60,306 nucleotides of DNA. It comes from a virus. Taxonomy: Duplodnaviria > Caudoviricetes. Both the position numbers and the translations under genes were made by a program. Below, in pieces: positions 28,661 through 37,302 of the stretch (position 1 is its first letter; the number at the start of each line of letters is the position of its first letter). The stretch is taken from IMG/VR virus record IMGVR_UViG_3300030406_001449, positions 1 to 60,306 of that record. One strand, given 5' to 3'. The notes under the pieces were generated by a model. It was not told the origin of the DNA, did not search any database, and was given only the letters and a program-made list of their open reading frames with translations.

Positions 28661-28677
28661 AGTCTTTCCTATAGTTG

Positions 28678-28697
28678 TCGTCGTGACCTCACGACGA
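28678..28697. repeat. Palindrome copy 9 (5' leader), plus an extra half-site at 28700..28706
   Basis: TCGTCGTGACCTCACGACGA-GG-ACGACGA. Confidence 0.95.
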
Positions 28698-28775
28698 GGA
28701 CGACGAGGTTAGTATAAGCACATCTATATAAGCATGTGCGGTTTATGGTTATATAATGTTGCTAACCATGCTTAT

Positions 28776-28804
28776 AATATAACAAATATAGATATATATG
28801 TAAA
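28776..28804 (-). promoter_or_regulatory. Sigma70-like promoter of the ORF 28016..28660
   Basis: TTTACA-N17-TATATT with extended TG. Confidence 0.65.
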
Positions 28805-28851
28805 GTTTTAAATACATTTAGTTGTAAGTTATTGATTTTATTAAGAAATTC

Positions 28852-28871
28852 ACGTCGTAGATTGACGACGA
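28852..28871. repeat. Palindrome copy 10 (1 mismatch)
   Basis: ACGTCGTAGATTGACGACGA. Confidence 0.88.
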
Positions 28872-29086
28872 TACCCTAAAAAACTGGTTATTTTTAGCCC
28901 ACCCCGCCCCGATACCCCAAAAATTACACACGCACACACTATCCTATATACATAGTAATTTACTCAAATAATTGGCAAAATATGTAAAGCCAAAGACCTA
29001 CCCTCGTTATATGTAAAGTAGCCCCCTATGAAATAAAAAGGCAAGTGCAAAAAAATTTTCTGCAAAATTTTGAAAAACCACTGGAC

Positions 29087-29112
29087 AAAAAAACCCCCAG
29101 CAAATGTGGGGG
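29087..29112 (-). terminator. Probable rho-independent terminator
   Basis: Minus strand CCCCCA-CATTTGC-TGGGGG followed by T7, downstream of ORF 29181. Confidence 0.6.
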
Positions 29113-29180
29113 AAAAGAAAGTAACGACAATAAATAAATTAAACAACTCGAGGGGAGTATAAATCGCTACTATGTGAAAT

Positions 29181-29441
29181 CTATTCTAATATCTCTACCT
29201 CGTACATATCCACTATACATGATTTAAGTATTAAGTCTAGCCCACCCCAGCCATCATCTGAGGTGTAAGTATTACATAGTTTTACGCATTCTCTATCTTG
29301 ATGCAGTAAATATCCTATACTGTAAGCCAGGATATATTTTTCTTTTGTTATCTCTTCTATACTTTTCCATGAACTATCAGCCGTATGGTCTTTCCAAACT
29401 ATAATATATAATGGATAATTTGGTTTTTTATTCGTTTTCAT
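29181..29441 (-). CDS. Conserved small phage protein (IVWKDH...W...SIGYLL)
   Basis: Motif typical of ORFs near terminase genes; coupled to the upstream ORF. Confidence 0.75.
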   Translation of the reverse strand: MKTNKKPNYPLYIIVWKDHTADSSWKSIEEITKEKYILAYSIGYLLHQDRECVKLCNTYTSDDGWGGLDLILKSCIVDMYEVEILE

Positions 29442-29736
29442 TTTCTACGACAACTTCTCCTGCTAATGTTTGTTTTATCATTCTCAAGTTTTTTAGTATG
29501 TCGTTAGGGTGAACTTCAATATGAGTTATACCATTTAAATCTGTGTGGATAATTTGTGCTTCTGAGTCAGATAATAAGCCTCTGTGATATAAACTATAAT
29601 AAGCATTTTCAAACTTCTTTTTAGCAGGACGAGATAGACCTAAGTAATAATATATAAATTGGTCTTGGTCTTCCTGAGTTTCTACATCAAATAAATCTAG
29701 ATGCAAAATTCCCTCTTTATTTAATTCCATTCTCAT
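29428..29736 (-). CDS. Hypothetical protein
   Basis: RBS GAGG; divergent from terS. Confidence 0.7.
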   Translation of the reverse strand: MRMELNKEGILHLDLFDVETQEDQDQFIYYYLGLSRPAKKKFENAYYSLYHRGLLSDSEAQIIHTDLNGITHIEVHPNDILKNLRMIKQTLAGEVVVENENE

Positions 29737-29758
29737 AATAAATCCTCATAGTATTTTG

Positions 29759-29787
29759 TTGTCAACCCCTACATTATATATTATACT
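29759..29787 (+). promoter_or_regulatory. Sigma70-like promoter of the packaging/structural operon
   Basis: TTGTCA-N17-TATACT. Confidence 0.65.
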
Positions 29788-29840
29788 CAGATTAAGTAAA
29801 GTAAGCTGCAATTAATGTACATAGGTGTAAACAGCGACAC

Positions 29841-30431
29841 ATGCAAGAACATTCTGACCATCCAGTTATTGTGCCTCATATCGAAGAGGACATAGCATTA
29901 CCTAAAAATGCTCGTGAGGCTTTACCCGACATGTCTCCCGAGGAAGAACTTACCATGAGGTCTAACACTGTAAAGCTTATATCTGACTTAGCAGGTGAAA
30001 CTATAAAACCATCTCAAGAAAATATGGAAGAAGCAGAGGAAGTTGCTAAACAAATGATGGAAAAACCAGAGCTCAAACCAGATTTTGGCACTTATCCGAA
30101 TGAAACTATAGCGTATCTTGCTGGAATGGTAGCACAAACTAGCCATATGGTAGCTAAAGACCTTGCAGATATAAAATTATCAGTCTTAAATGGACTGCTG
30201 CAAGAAGCAACTCTTGCAAAATCATCAAGAGAACGCATAGCTGCGTGGAAAGCTATAGGTGAGGTAGATGGAGTTGACGCATTCAAGAAGAAAACTGAGG
30301 TAACACATATCAATAAGTCTGGTGAAGAGTTAGAAAAAGAACTTTTAGCTACGATTAATGAGCTAAAAGGCAAAGTTATCCACACTAAAGAGGTAGTTGA
30401 AGTCCAAGATGTGGAGTTTGAGGATGATTAG
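29841..30431 (+). CDS. terS: Putative terminase small subunit
   Basis: Directly upstream of and overlapping terL; helical, with RIAAWKAIGEVDGVDAF motif. Confidence 0.6.
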   Translation: MQEHSDHPVIVPHIEEDIALPKNAREALPDMSPEEELTMRSNTVKLISDLAGETIKPSQENMEEAEEVAKQMMEKPELKPDFGTYPNETIAYLAGMVAQTSHMVAKDLADIKLSVLNGLLQEATLAKSSRERIAAWKAIGEVDGVDAFKKKTEVTHINKSGEELEKELLATINELKGKVIHTKEVVEVQDVEFEDD

Positions 30432-31947
30432 CCCCAAAGATTTAGAGTTATTAGAACAAGCACTCCCTCAAATGACTGAATCGGAGCGACAACGCAACTT
30501 AAAACTGTTATTAGACTACAAAGCAGAGCTTGTTAAGGAAGCTGGGGGTAAAACTTTCTTAGAATTTATTAAACATGTCTATCCAGACTACAAAGTAGGA
30601 GCACATCATGCAAAACTTGCTAAATTATTTGAAGAAATTGCTGAAGGGAAACGCAAAAGAGTCATTGTTAATATTGCACCACGTCATGGGAAGAGTGAGC
30701 TTATATCTTACCTCGCTCCTGCGTGGTTCTTGGGGAAACACCCAGCTAAGAAGGTCATCATGGCTTCGCACACTGCAGATTTGGCTGTCAACTTTGGTCG
30801 TAGGGTTCGAAATCTGGTTGGTTCGGACTCGTACAAGGATATTTTTCCGAATGTCTCGTTACAGGCGGACTCTAAGTCAGCATCCCGTTGGGGTACGAAC
30901 TTTAATGGCGAGTATTTTGCTATTGGTGTGGGGGGTGCTTTGGCTGGTCGTGGTGCCGACCTATTCATTATTGACGATCCTCACTCGGAGCAAGACGCTA
31001 AGTTAGGAAAACCTGATGTTTTTCTACCAGCATGGGAATGGTTTCAATCAGGACCCCTACAACGTCTAATGCCAGGAGGTGCTATCATTGTGGTGATGAC
31101 TCGTTGGTCGAAACTTGACCTAACAGGGCAGATTGTTAACCAAATGATAAAGAATGATGAGGTTGATGATTGGGAAGTAGTAGAGTTTCCAGCGATACTA
31201 GAGAAAGAAGGAGAAGAAGTAGCTTTGTGGCCTGAGTTCTGGCCATTAGAAGAACTTACAGCTAGACGTGCAGCTTTAGATATAAGATATTGGAACGCAC
31301 AGTATATGCAAAATCCAGTGTCTGAAGAAGGAGCTCTAATAAAAAGAGAGTGGTGGAATATGTGGGAAAAAGAGAACCCACCTAGCTGTGAATTTATTAT
31401 AATGACGCTTGATGCTGCTCAAGAAAAAAACAATCGTGCTGACTATAATGCTCTAACGACATGGGGGGTCTTTATGAATGAAGAGACTAACAATTACAAC
31501 ATTGTGTTACTGGATGCAATCAAACAAAGACTAGAGTTTCCAGAGCTCAAAGAGTTGTGTTTAGATGAATATAAATCATGGGAGCCAGATGCGTTTGTGG
31601 TAGAGAAGAAGTCTAATGGTGCTGCACTTTATCAAGAGTTTAGACGTATGGGGATTCCTGTAGGAGAGTTTACACCAAGCAAAGGACAGGATAAAATTAG
31701 TAGAGTGAACGCTGTATCTGACTTATTTAGTTCAGGTATAGTATGGGCACCAGACAGAAGATGGGCACATGAAGTAATTGAAGAATGTAATGATTTTCCA
31801 TCAGGTGCGAATGATGACCTAGTAGATGCGACAACGCTTGCCTTGATGAGATTCAGGCAGGGCGGATTTATTAGGTTGCCTAGTGACGAAGAAGATGACA
31901 TTCGAAGTTTAAGAAGGTACAATCAGAAACGTCTGTATGTTATTTAA
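30424..31947 (+). CDS. terL: Terminase large subunit
   Basis: Walker A APRHGKS, Walker B FIIDD, VMTRW coupling motif, C-terminal DDLVDA nuclease motif; start revised to MISPKD. Confidence 0.96.
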   Translation: MISPKDLELLEQALPQMTESERQRNLKLLLDYKAELVKEAGGKTFLEFIKHVYPDYKVGAHHAKLAKLFEEIAEGKRKRVIVNIAPRHGKSELISYLAPAWFLGKHPAKKVIMASHTADLAVNFGRRVRNLVGSDSYKDIFPNVSLQADSKSASRWGTNFNGEYFAIGVGGALAGRGADLFIIDDPHSEQDAKLGKPDVFLPAWEWFQSGPLQRLMPGGAIIVVMTRWSKLDLTGQIVNQMIKNDEVDDWEVVEFPAILEKEGEEVALWPEFWPLEELTARRAALDIRYWNAQYMQNPVSEEGALIKREWWNMWEKENPPSCEFIIMTLDAAQEKNNRADYNALTTWGVFMNEETNNYNIVLLDAIKQRLEFPELKELCLDEYKSWEPDAFVVEKKSNGAALYQEFRRMGIPVGEFTPSKGQDKISRVNAVSDLFSSGIVWAPDRRWAHEVIEECNDFPSGANDDLVDATTLALMRFRQGGFIRLPSDEEDDIRSLRRYNQKRLYVI

Positions 31948-31961
31948 CAACGGAGATAATT

Positions 31962-32075
31962 ATGTTATATCAATTTATAAAAGAAAAAGCAGAATGGTTG
32001 ATGGCAAAGCAACAACAACACTGCCGCACAATTAATATTGTGTTATTAGTATTATTAATTATTTGTATATTATAG
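31962..32075 (+). CDS. Small membrane peptide, 37 aa, not in the ORF track
   Basis: RBS GGAG; MLYQFIKEK...INIVLLVLLIICIL. Confidence 0.55.
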   Translation: MLYQFIKEKAEWLMAKQQQHCRTINIVLLVLLIICIL

Positions 32076-32084
32076 GAAAAAATT

Positions 32085-34532
32085 ATGGCAGATGTTGATA
32101 AGGGTTTATATGAAGCTCCAAAAGGTATGGAAGAAAGAGCTCAAGACGAGCCTGATTTAGAGATAGAAATTGTAGACCCAGAAGAAGTTAACATCAGTGT
32201 TGACGGTATGGAGATTAATATTGATCCAGACCGTATGGATGATGATGAGTTTAATCAAAATCTTGCTGAAGAAATTGATGATGATGACTTAGAAAAATTA
32301 GCAAGTGATTTAATTGATGATTACTCAGGTGATGTAAATTCAAGAAAAGATTGGCTTGATACTTATGTAGAGGGGTTAGACCTTTTAGGTTTAAAACTAG
32401 AAGACAGAAGTGAGCCGTGGGAAGGAGCATGTAATGTTTATCACCCACTAATGACAGAAACACTTGTTAAGTTCCAAGCTGAAACTATGACCGAAACATT
32501 TCCAGCAGCGGGTCCAGTAAAAACACAAATTATTGGAAAAGAAACTGAAGAGTGTAAAGATGCAGCGGCTCGTGTTCAAGAGAACATGAACTATCAGTTA
32601 ACAGAGAAGATGACAGAATATAGACCTGAGCATGAGAGAATGTTATGGGGATTAGGTCTTGCAGGTAACGCATTTAAAAAAGTTTATTATGACCCTAGTT
32701 TAGAACGCCAAGTATCTATGTATGTTCCAGCTGAAGACATTGTTGTACCGTATGGTGCTTCGGATTTAGAAACAGCAGAACGTGTAACTCATGTTATGCG
32801 TAAGACAGGAAATGAACTACGTAAGCTACAGGTTGGAGGATTTTATAGAGATATAGATTTAGGTGAGCCTACTTACGACCTAGATGATGTAGAAAAAAAG
32901 ATAGCTGAAAAGATGGGCTTTAGTGCAACTACTGACAGTCGTTTTAAGATATTAGAAATGCATGTTGACCTAGATTTAGAGGGTTATGAAGATAAAGATA
33001 AGGATGGAAAAGTTACAGGAATAGCTTTACCATATGTGGTAACTATAGAGAAAAGCACAAACACAGTTTTATCTATTAGACGTAATTATAGTCAAGACGA
33101 TAAGACTAAGCAGAAACGCCAACACTTTGTGCACTATGGTTATGTCCCTGGTTTTGGTTTTTACCACTTTGGTTTAATACACCTAATAGGTGCGTTTGCT
33201 AAATCAGGTACTATGATATTAAGACAATTAGTTGATGCAGGTACACTATCTAATTTACCAGGCGGGTTTAAGTCTAGAGGACTTAGAATCAAAGGTGATG
33301 ATACTCCTATTTCTCCTGCAGAGTTTAGAGATGTGGATGTGCCATCAGGTAGCATTAGAGATAATATATTACCACTCCCTTATAAAGAACCAAGTCAAGT
33401 ATTAAATTCACTTATGAACCAAATTATTGATGAGGGTAGAAGATTTGCAAGTGCTGCTGATTTAAAAGTATCTGATATGTCAGCTAACTCACCTGTAGGT
33501 ACAACCCTTGCGATATTAGAAAGAACACTTAAGGTGATGTCTGCAGTACAGAGCCGTATTCACTATGCTATGCGACAAGAGTTTAGATTACTCAAAGGCA
33601 TTATTAGAGATTTTACACCACCAGATTATAATTATACCCCTGATGTTGGTTCTAAGATGGCAAAACAAAGTGATTATGACAAGGTAGAAGTAATACCTGT
33701 AAGTGATCCTAATGCTGCAACCATGTCACAAAAGGTAGTGCAATATCAAGCGGTAATGCAACTAGCTCAACAGAATCCAGATATTTATGATTTAGTAGAA
33801 CTTAATCGTCAAATGTTAGATGTTTTAGGTGTTAAAAATGTAAATAAGTTAGTGCCTAATAAAGATGATATAAAACCTATGGACCCTGTTACAGAAAATA
33901 TGAATATTATAAATGGAAAGCCTGTAAAAGCATTTGCTTATCAAGACCATGAGGCACATATTAAAACTCACTTAGCATTTATCAATGACCCCAAAGTTAG
34001 AGAACTTATAGGACAAAGTCCAAACGCTAACAAGATATTTGCAGCCATGGAAGCACATATTGCGGAACATATTGCCTTTGCGTATAGAAATAAAATTGAA
34101 GAAGAACTTGGAGTTCCTTTACCTCCAATAGGTGAACAACTACCTGAGGATGTAGAAGTAGAACTATCTAGACTTGTTGCTAAATCAGCTGACCAGCTGC
34201 TACAGAAAAATACTACTGAAGCTAAACAAGAGCAAATTGCTCAACAACAACAAGACCCATTAATACAGATGCAACAACAAGAGTTACAAATTAAACAAAT
34301 GGAAGCTCAAGCAAAAGCTAAGAAGATGACTGATGATTCAGCTCTTGACCAAGCAAGATTACAGTTAGAGAAGATGAAGATTGAGTCACAAGAAAGAATC
34401 GCTGGTGCCAAGATTGGTGCTGACGCAGTCAACCAACAAAAAGAGTTGGATGCAAAAGAATTTATGGAAGGCACTAAGTTAGGTGCTGAAGCCGTAAAGC
34501 AAGAGAAGGAACGTAATAATACGCAAACTTAA
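32085..34532 (+). CDS. Portal protein with a long C-terminal coiled-coil barrel
   Basis: Follows terL; 815 aa; FKKVYYD, PGFGFY.FGLIH; Gln-rich tail as in P22-like portals. Confidence 0.9.
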   Translation: MADVDKGLYEAPKGMEERAQDEPDLEIEIVDPEEVNISVDGMEINIDPDRMDDDEFNQNLAEEIDDDDLEKLASDLIDDYSGDVNSRKDWLDTYVEGLDLLGLKLEDRSEPWEGACNVYHPLMTETLVKFQAETMTETFPAAGPVKTQIIGKETEECKDAAARVQENMNYQLTEKMTEYRPEHERMLWGLGLAGNAFKKVYYDPSLERQVSMYVPAEDIVVPYGASDLETAERVTHVMRKTGNELRKLQVGGFYRDIDLGEPTYDLDDVEKKIAEKMGFSATTDSRFKILEMHVDLDLEGYEDKDKDGKVTGIALPYVVTIEKSTNTVLSIRRNYSQDDKTKQKRQHFVHYGYVPGFGFYHFGLIHLIGAFAKSGTMILRQLVDAGTLSNLPGGFKSRGLRIKGDDTPISPAEFRDVDVPSGSIRDNILPLPYKEPSQVLNSLMNQIIDEGRRFASAADLKVSDMSANSPVGTTLAILERTLKVMSAVQSRIHYAMRQEFRLLKGIIRDFTPPDYNYTPDVGSKMAKQSDYDKVEVIPVSDPNAATMSQKVVQYQAVMQLAQQNPDIYDLVELNRQMLDVLGVKNVNKLVPNKDDIKPMDPVTENMNIINGKPVKAFAYQDHEAHIKTHLAFINDPKVRELIGQSPNANKIFAAMEAHIAEHIAFAYRNKIEEELGVPLPPIGEQLPEDVEVELSRLVAKSADQLLQKNTTEAKQEQIAQQQQDPLIQMQQQELQIKQMEAQAKAKKMTDDSALDQARLQLEKMKIESQERIAGAKIGADAVNQQKELDAKEFMEGTKLGAEAVKQEKERNNTQT

Positions 34533-34544
34533 AAACAGGAGAGA

Positions 34545-34739
34545 ATGATGGATGAAACGTTAAAAGTTCTCGCTAGTCAATTAGGCGAGGAAGAGCAACG
34601 CATAAAAGATGATATGGCACAAGGTAGAGCTGAAGAGTATGCACAATACATGCACGCATGTGGTATTATCAGAGGCTTTCAAATAGCTCAAGGTCTTATT
34701 GCTTCTATGATGAGAAACATGGAGGAAGACGATGAGTAA
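34545..34739 (+). CDS. Conserved small protein of the head module
   Basis: RBS AGGAG; Y...CG.I.G motif. Confidence 0.75.
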   Translation: MMDETLKVLASQLGEEEQRIKDDMAQGRAEEYAQYMHACGIIRGFQIAQGLIASMMRNMEEDDE

Positions 34740-35154
34740 TATACAAACCCCTAATCAAAAAATAGTATCTACATCTGGTGCACCTATAGGTGTTCCTAAG
34801 CCAGAGGTAGATGAAACTAAACCCACTCAGTTACCTGATGTTCAAGGCTATCGCATATTATGCATGGTCCCGCAGGTAGATGAAGCATATGACAGTGGGT
34901 TAATTAAATCTGATAAAACCAAGACTATTGAAGAACATTCAACTGTGGTTTTATTTGTAATGAAGTTAGGAGATATGGCTTATAAAGATGAACAGCGATT
35001 CCCTACAGGTCCTTGGTGTAAAGAAGGAGACTTTGTTATAACAAGGGCATATTCTGGAACTCGAATCAAGATACATGGACAAGAGTTTCGCATTATTAAT
35101 GACGACACAGTAGAAGCTGTAGTGGATGACCCACGTGGCTACGAACGTGCATAA
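34732..35154 (+). CDS. groES: Co-chaperonin GroES-like protein
   Basis: GYRILC..SGLI...GPWCKEGDFV...YSGT...RIINDD.VEAVV. Confidence 0.88.
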   Translation: MSNIQTPNQKIVSTSGAPIGVPKPEVDETKPTQLPDVQGYRILCMVPQVDEAYDSGLIKSDKTKTIEEHSTVVLFVMKLGDMAYKDEQRFPTGPWCKEGDFVITRAYSGTRIKIHGQEFRIINDDTVEAVVDDPRGYERA

Positions 35155-35168
35155 CATGGAGAGCAAAC

Positions 35169-36218
35169 ATGGCAAAGATAATCAATGAAATCCCTAATGA
35201 ATTAGAAATGGAGGGAGAGGAAGTTGAGGTAAAGGCTAGCAAAGCTGAAAAAGTTGCTTCTGAGGAGAGGACAGGTGAGGTAGAAGTGGCTAAAAAAGAA
35301 GCCGAACCTGTGCAAGGAGAGTTAGATTTTGAAATTGAGATTGAAGATGACACTCCAAAAGCTGACAGAAATAGAGACCCTTTACCTGAGGATATTAAAG
35401 AAGAGCTTGAAGCTGATAATTTAGATGAATATTCAGATAGAGTAAAACAACGTATGGCTCAACTTAAAAAAGCTTATCACGATGAAAGACGTGAAAAAGA
35501 AGCTTCTCAAAGACGTGAAAAAGAAGCTGAAAGAATAGCTGCACTTCAAATGCAAGAAAACAAAAAGCTTAAAGAGACACTTTCAACAGGTGAAGAAGAT
35601 TATCTTAAAACTCTTGAAGCAAGATATCAAAGTGATTTGACTATTGCTCAAAGAGAATATAAAGATGCTTATGATATGGGTGATAGTGAAAAGTTAATGC
35701 AGGCTCAAACTAAAATGAATGACGCTCAATTTAAGTTAGGTCAAACACAAGAAAGAAAACCTTTATATACTAAAGAGACTTTACAAACTGGAGAAAATGC
35801 GGTATCTTCAGGGCAAGATACAGTTAGACCAACAGCTCCACAGCCAGATGCAAAAGCTCTTGCATGGCAAGAGAAAAACAAATGGTTTGGGCAGGATGAA
35901 GAAATGACTTCATTGGCATTAGGACTGCATGAAAAATTAGTCAAAAGTGGGGTAGACCCATCTTCTGACCAATATTATCGTAGTATTGATAGTACTATGC
36001 AAAAACGATTCCCTGAAAATTTTGGGGGAGATGATTCGTTGGAAGAGGCAAAACCTGCCCAACGCAAACCTTCAACTGTAGTTGCTCCAGCAACAAGGTC
36101 AACTGGCCCAAAAAAGGTTAGATTGACAAAAACACAGTTAGCTTTAGCAAAGAAATTCAAGCTAACACCAGAGCAATATGCACGCGAACTAATTAAAACG
36201 GAGAATACAAATGGATAA
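35169..36218 (+). CDS. Putative capsid scaffolding protein
   Basis: Acidic coiled coil; W...N.WFG; C-terminal LTKTQLALAKKFKLTPEQYA; located before the capsid genes. Confidence 0.75.
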   Translation: MAKIINEIPNELEMEGEEVEVKASKAEKVASEERTGEVEVAKKEAEPVQGELDFEIEIEDDTPKADRNRDPLPEDIKEELEADNLDEYSDRVKQRMAQLKKAYHDERREKEASQRREKEAERIAALQMQENKKLKETLSTGEEDYLKTLEARYQSDLTIAQREYKDAYDMGDSEKLMQAQTKMNDAQFKLGQTQERKPLYTKETLQTGENAVSSGQDTVRPTAPQPDAKALAWQEKNKWFGQDEEMTSLALGLHEKLVKSGVDPSSDQYYRSIDSTMQKRFPENFGGDDSLEEAKPAQRKPSTVVAPATRSTGPKKVRLTKTQLALAKKFKLTPEQYARELIKTENTNG

Positions 36219-36666
36219 AGCTAAAAGTCGTACAAGTAGAGAAGCGGTAAAACGTGAAGAAACTGATGTTCGAAATAAAGTGTGGGAACCTCGTTCAACT
36301 TTACCAGAAATCAACCATGAACCTGGTTGGGCGTATCGTTGGGTTAGGACTTCTATAGTTAATGAGGCTGATAATCTAAATGTGTCCTCACGTATGCGTG
36401 AAGGCTGGGAGCCTGTGAAACATTCAGACCACCCAGAAGTAAATTTACCAGCAGACCCTAACTCAAGATTCAAGGACGGTATAGAGGTTGGTGGACTGCT
36501 ATTATGTAAAATGCCACAGGAAATGGTAGACCAGAGAAATGAATATTACAGGGAAAAAGCCAAAGCTCAGGAACAGGCTGTAGATAACAACCTGATGAGA
36601 CAGAATGACCCTAGAATGCCGTTATTCTCTGATAAAAAATCTACTACGTCTAAAGGCAAAAGATAA
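36211..36666 (+). CDS. Conserved head-module protein
   Basis: GWAYRWVR...REGWEPV...VGGLLLCKMP. Confidence 0.75.
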   Translation: MDKAKSRTSREAVKREETDVRNKVWEPRSTLPEINHEPGWAYRWVRTSIVNEADNLNVSSRMREGWEPVKHSDHPEVNLPADPNSRFKDGIEVGGLLLCKMPQEMVDQRNEYYREKAKAQEQAVDNNLMRQNDPRMPLFSDKKSTTSKGKR

Positions 36667-36686
36667 TTTTTTAAGGAGATATTATT

Positions 36687-37289
36687 ATGGCATCAACAGC
36701 CGCACCTTACGGTCTAAAACCCGTAAATTTGATTGGTGGACAGCCTTATGCTGGTTCTACTCGTCAAATTAAAATAGCGTCTGGGTATGACACAAACATC
36801 TTCAACGGGAGCGTTGTATCTATCGTTACAGCAGGAACACTTGAGATAGTAACCACAGTTGGTTCTAACTCTTCAGTTTTCCCTGCAGGAACAATAGGAG
36901 TATTCGTTGGATGTTCGTATACAGACCCAAACTCAAATCAAAAGGTTTTCGCTCAGTATTTTCCAGCAAACACAGTAGCATCTGATGCTGTTGGATATGT
37001 TGTCGATGACCCTGATGTAGTATTTCAAATACAAGCTGATGCATCTATTGCCCAAGCTGGTCTTGGTGCAAATGCTCCATTAGCTGCAGTGCAATCTACA
37101 TCAACTGGTTCAACTGTGACAGGTAACTCTACAACTGCATTGGATGCAACAGTAGCGACTACCACACAGGCTTTCAGAATTGTTGATTTTGTTGACTCAC
37201 CAAATTCTTCAGTAGGCGATGCGTTTACTGACGTGTTAGTGAAGTTCAATATTGCTCAACATTCTTACACTAACGCAACAGGTATTTAA
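36687..37289 (+). CDS. Capsid decoration/cement protein
   Basis: APYGLKPV N-terminus; Ala/Thr-rich; directly before the MCP. Confidence 0.7.
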   Translation: MASTAAPYGLKPVNLIGGQPYAGSTRQIKIASGYDTNIFNGSVVSIVTAGTLEIVTTVGSNSSVFPAGTIGVFVGCSYTDPNSNQKVFAQYFPANTVASDAVGYVVDDPDVVFQIQADASIAQAGLGANAPLAAVQSTSTGSTVTGNSTTALDATVATTTQAFRIVDFVDSPNSSVGDAFTDVLVKFNIAQHSYTNATGI

Positions 37290-37302
37290 AGGAGAATAAA
37301 TC

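Noticed and set aside
18568-28871. Palindromes as a CRISPR array or integron attC sites
   Set aside because: Spacing is irregular (0.17-2.5 kb), several copies are inside ORFs, and no cas or integrase gene was recognised.
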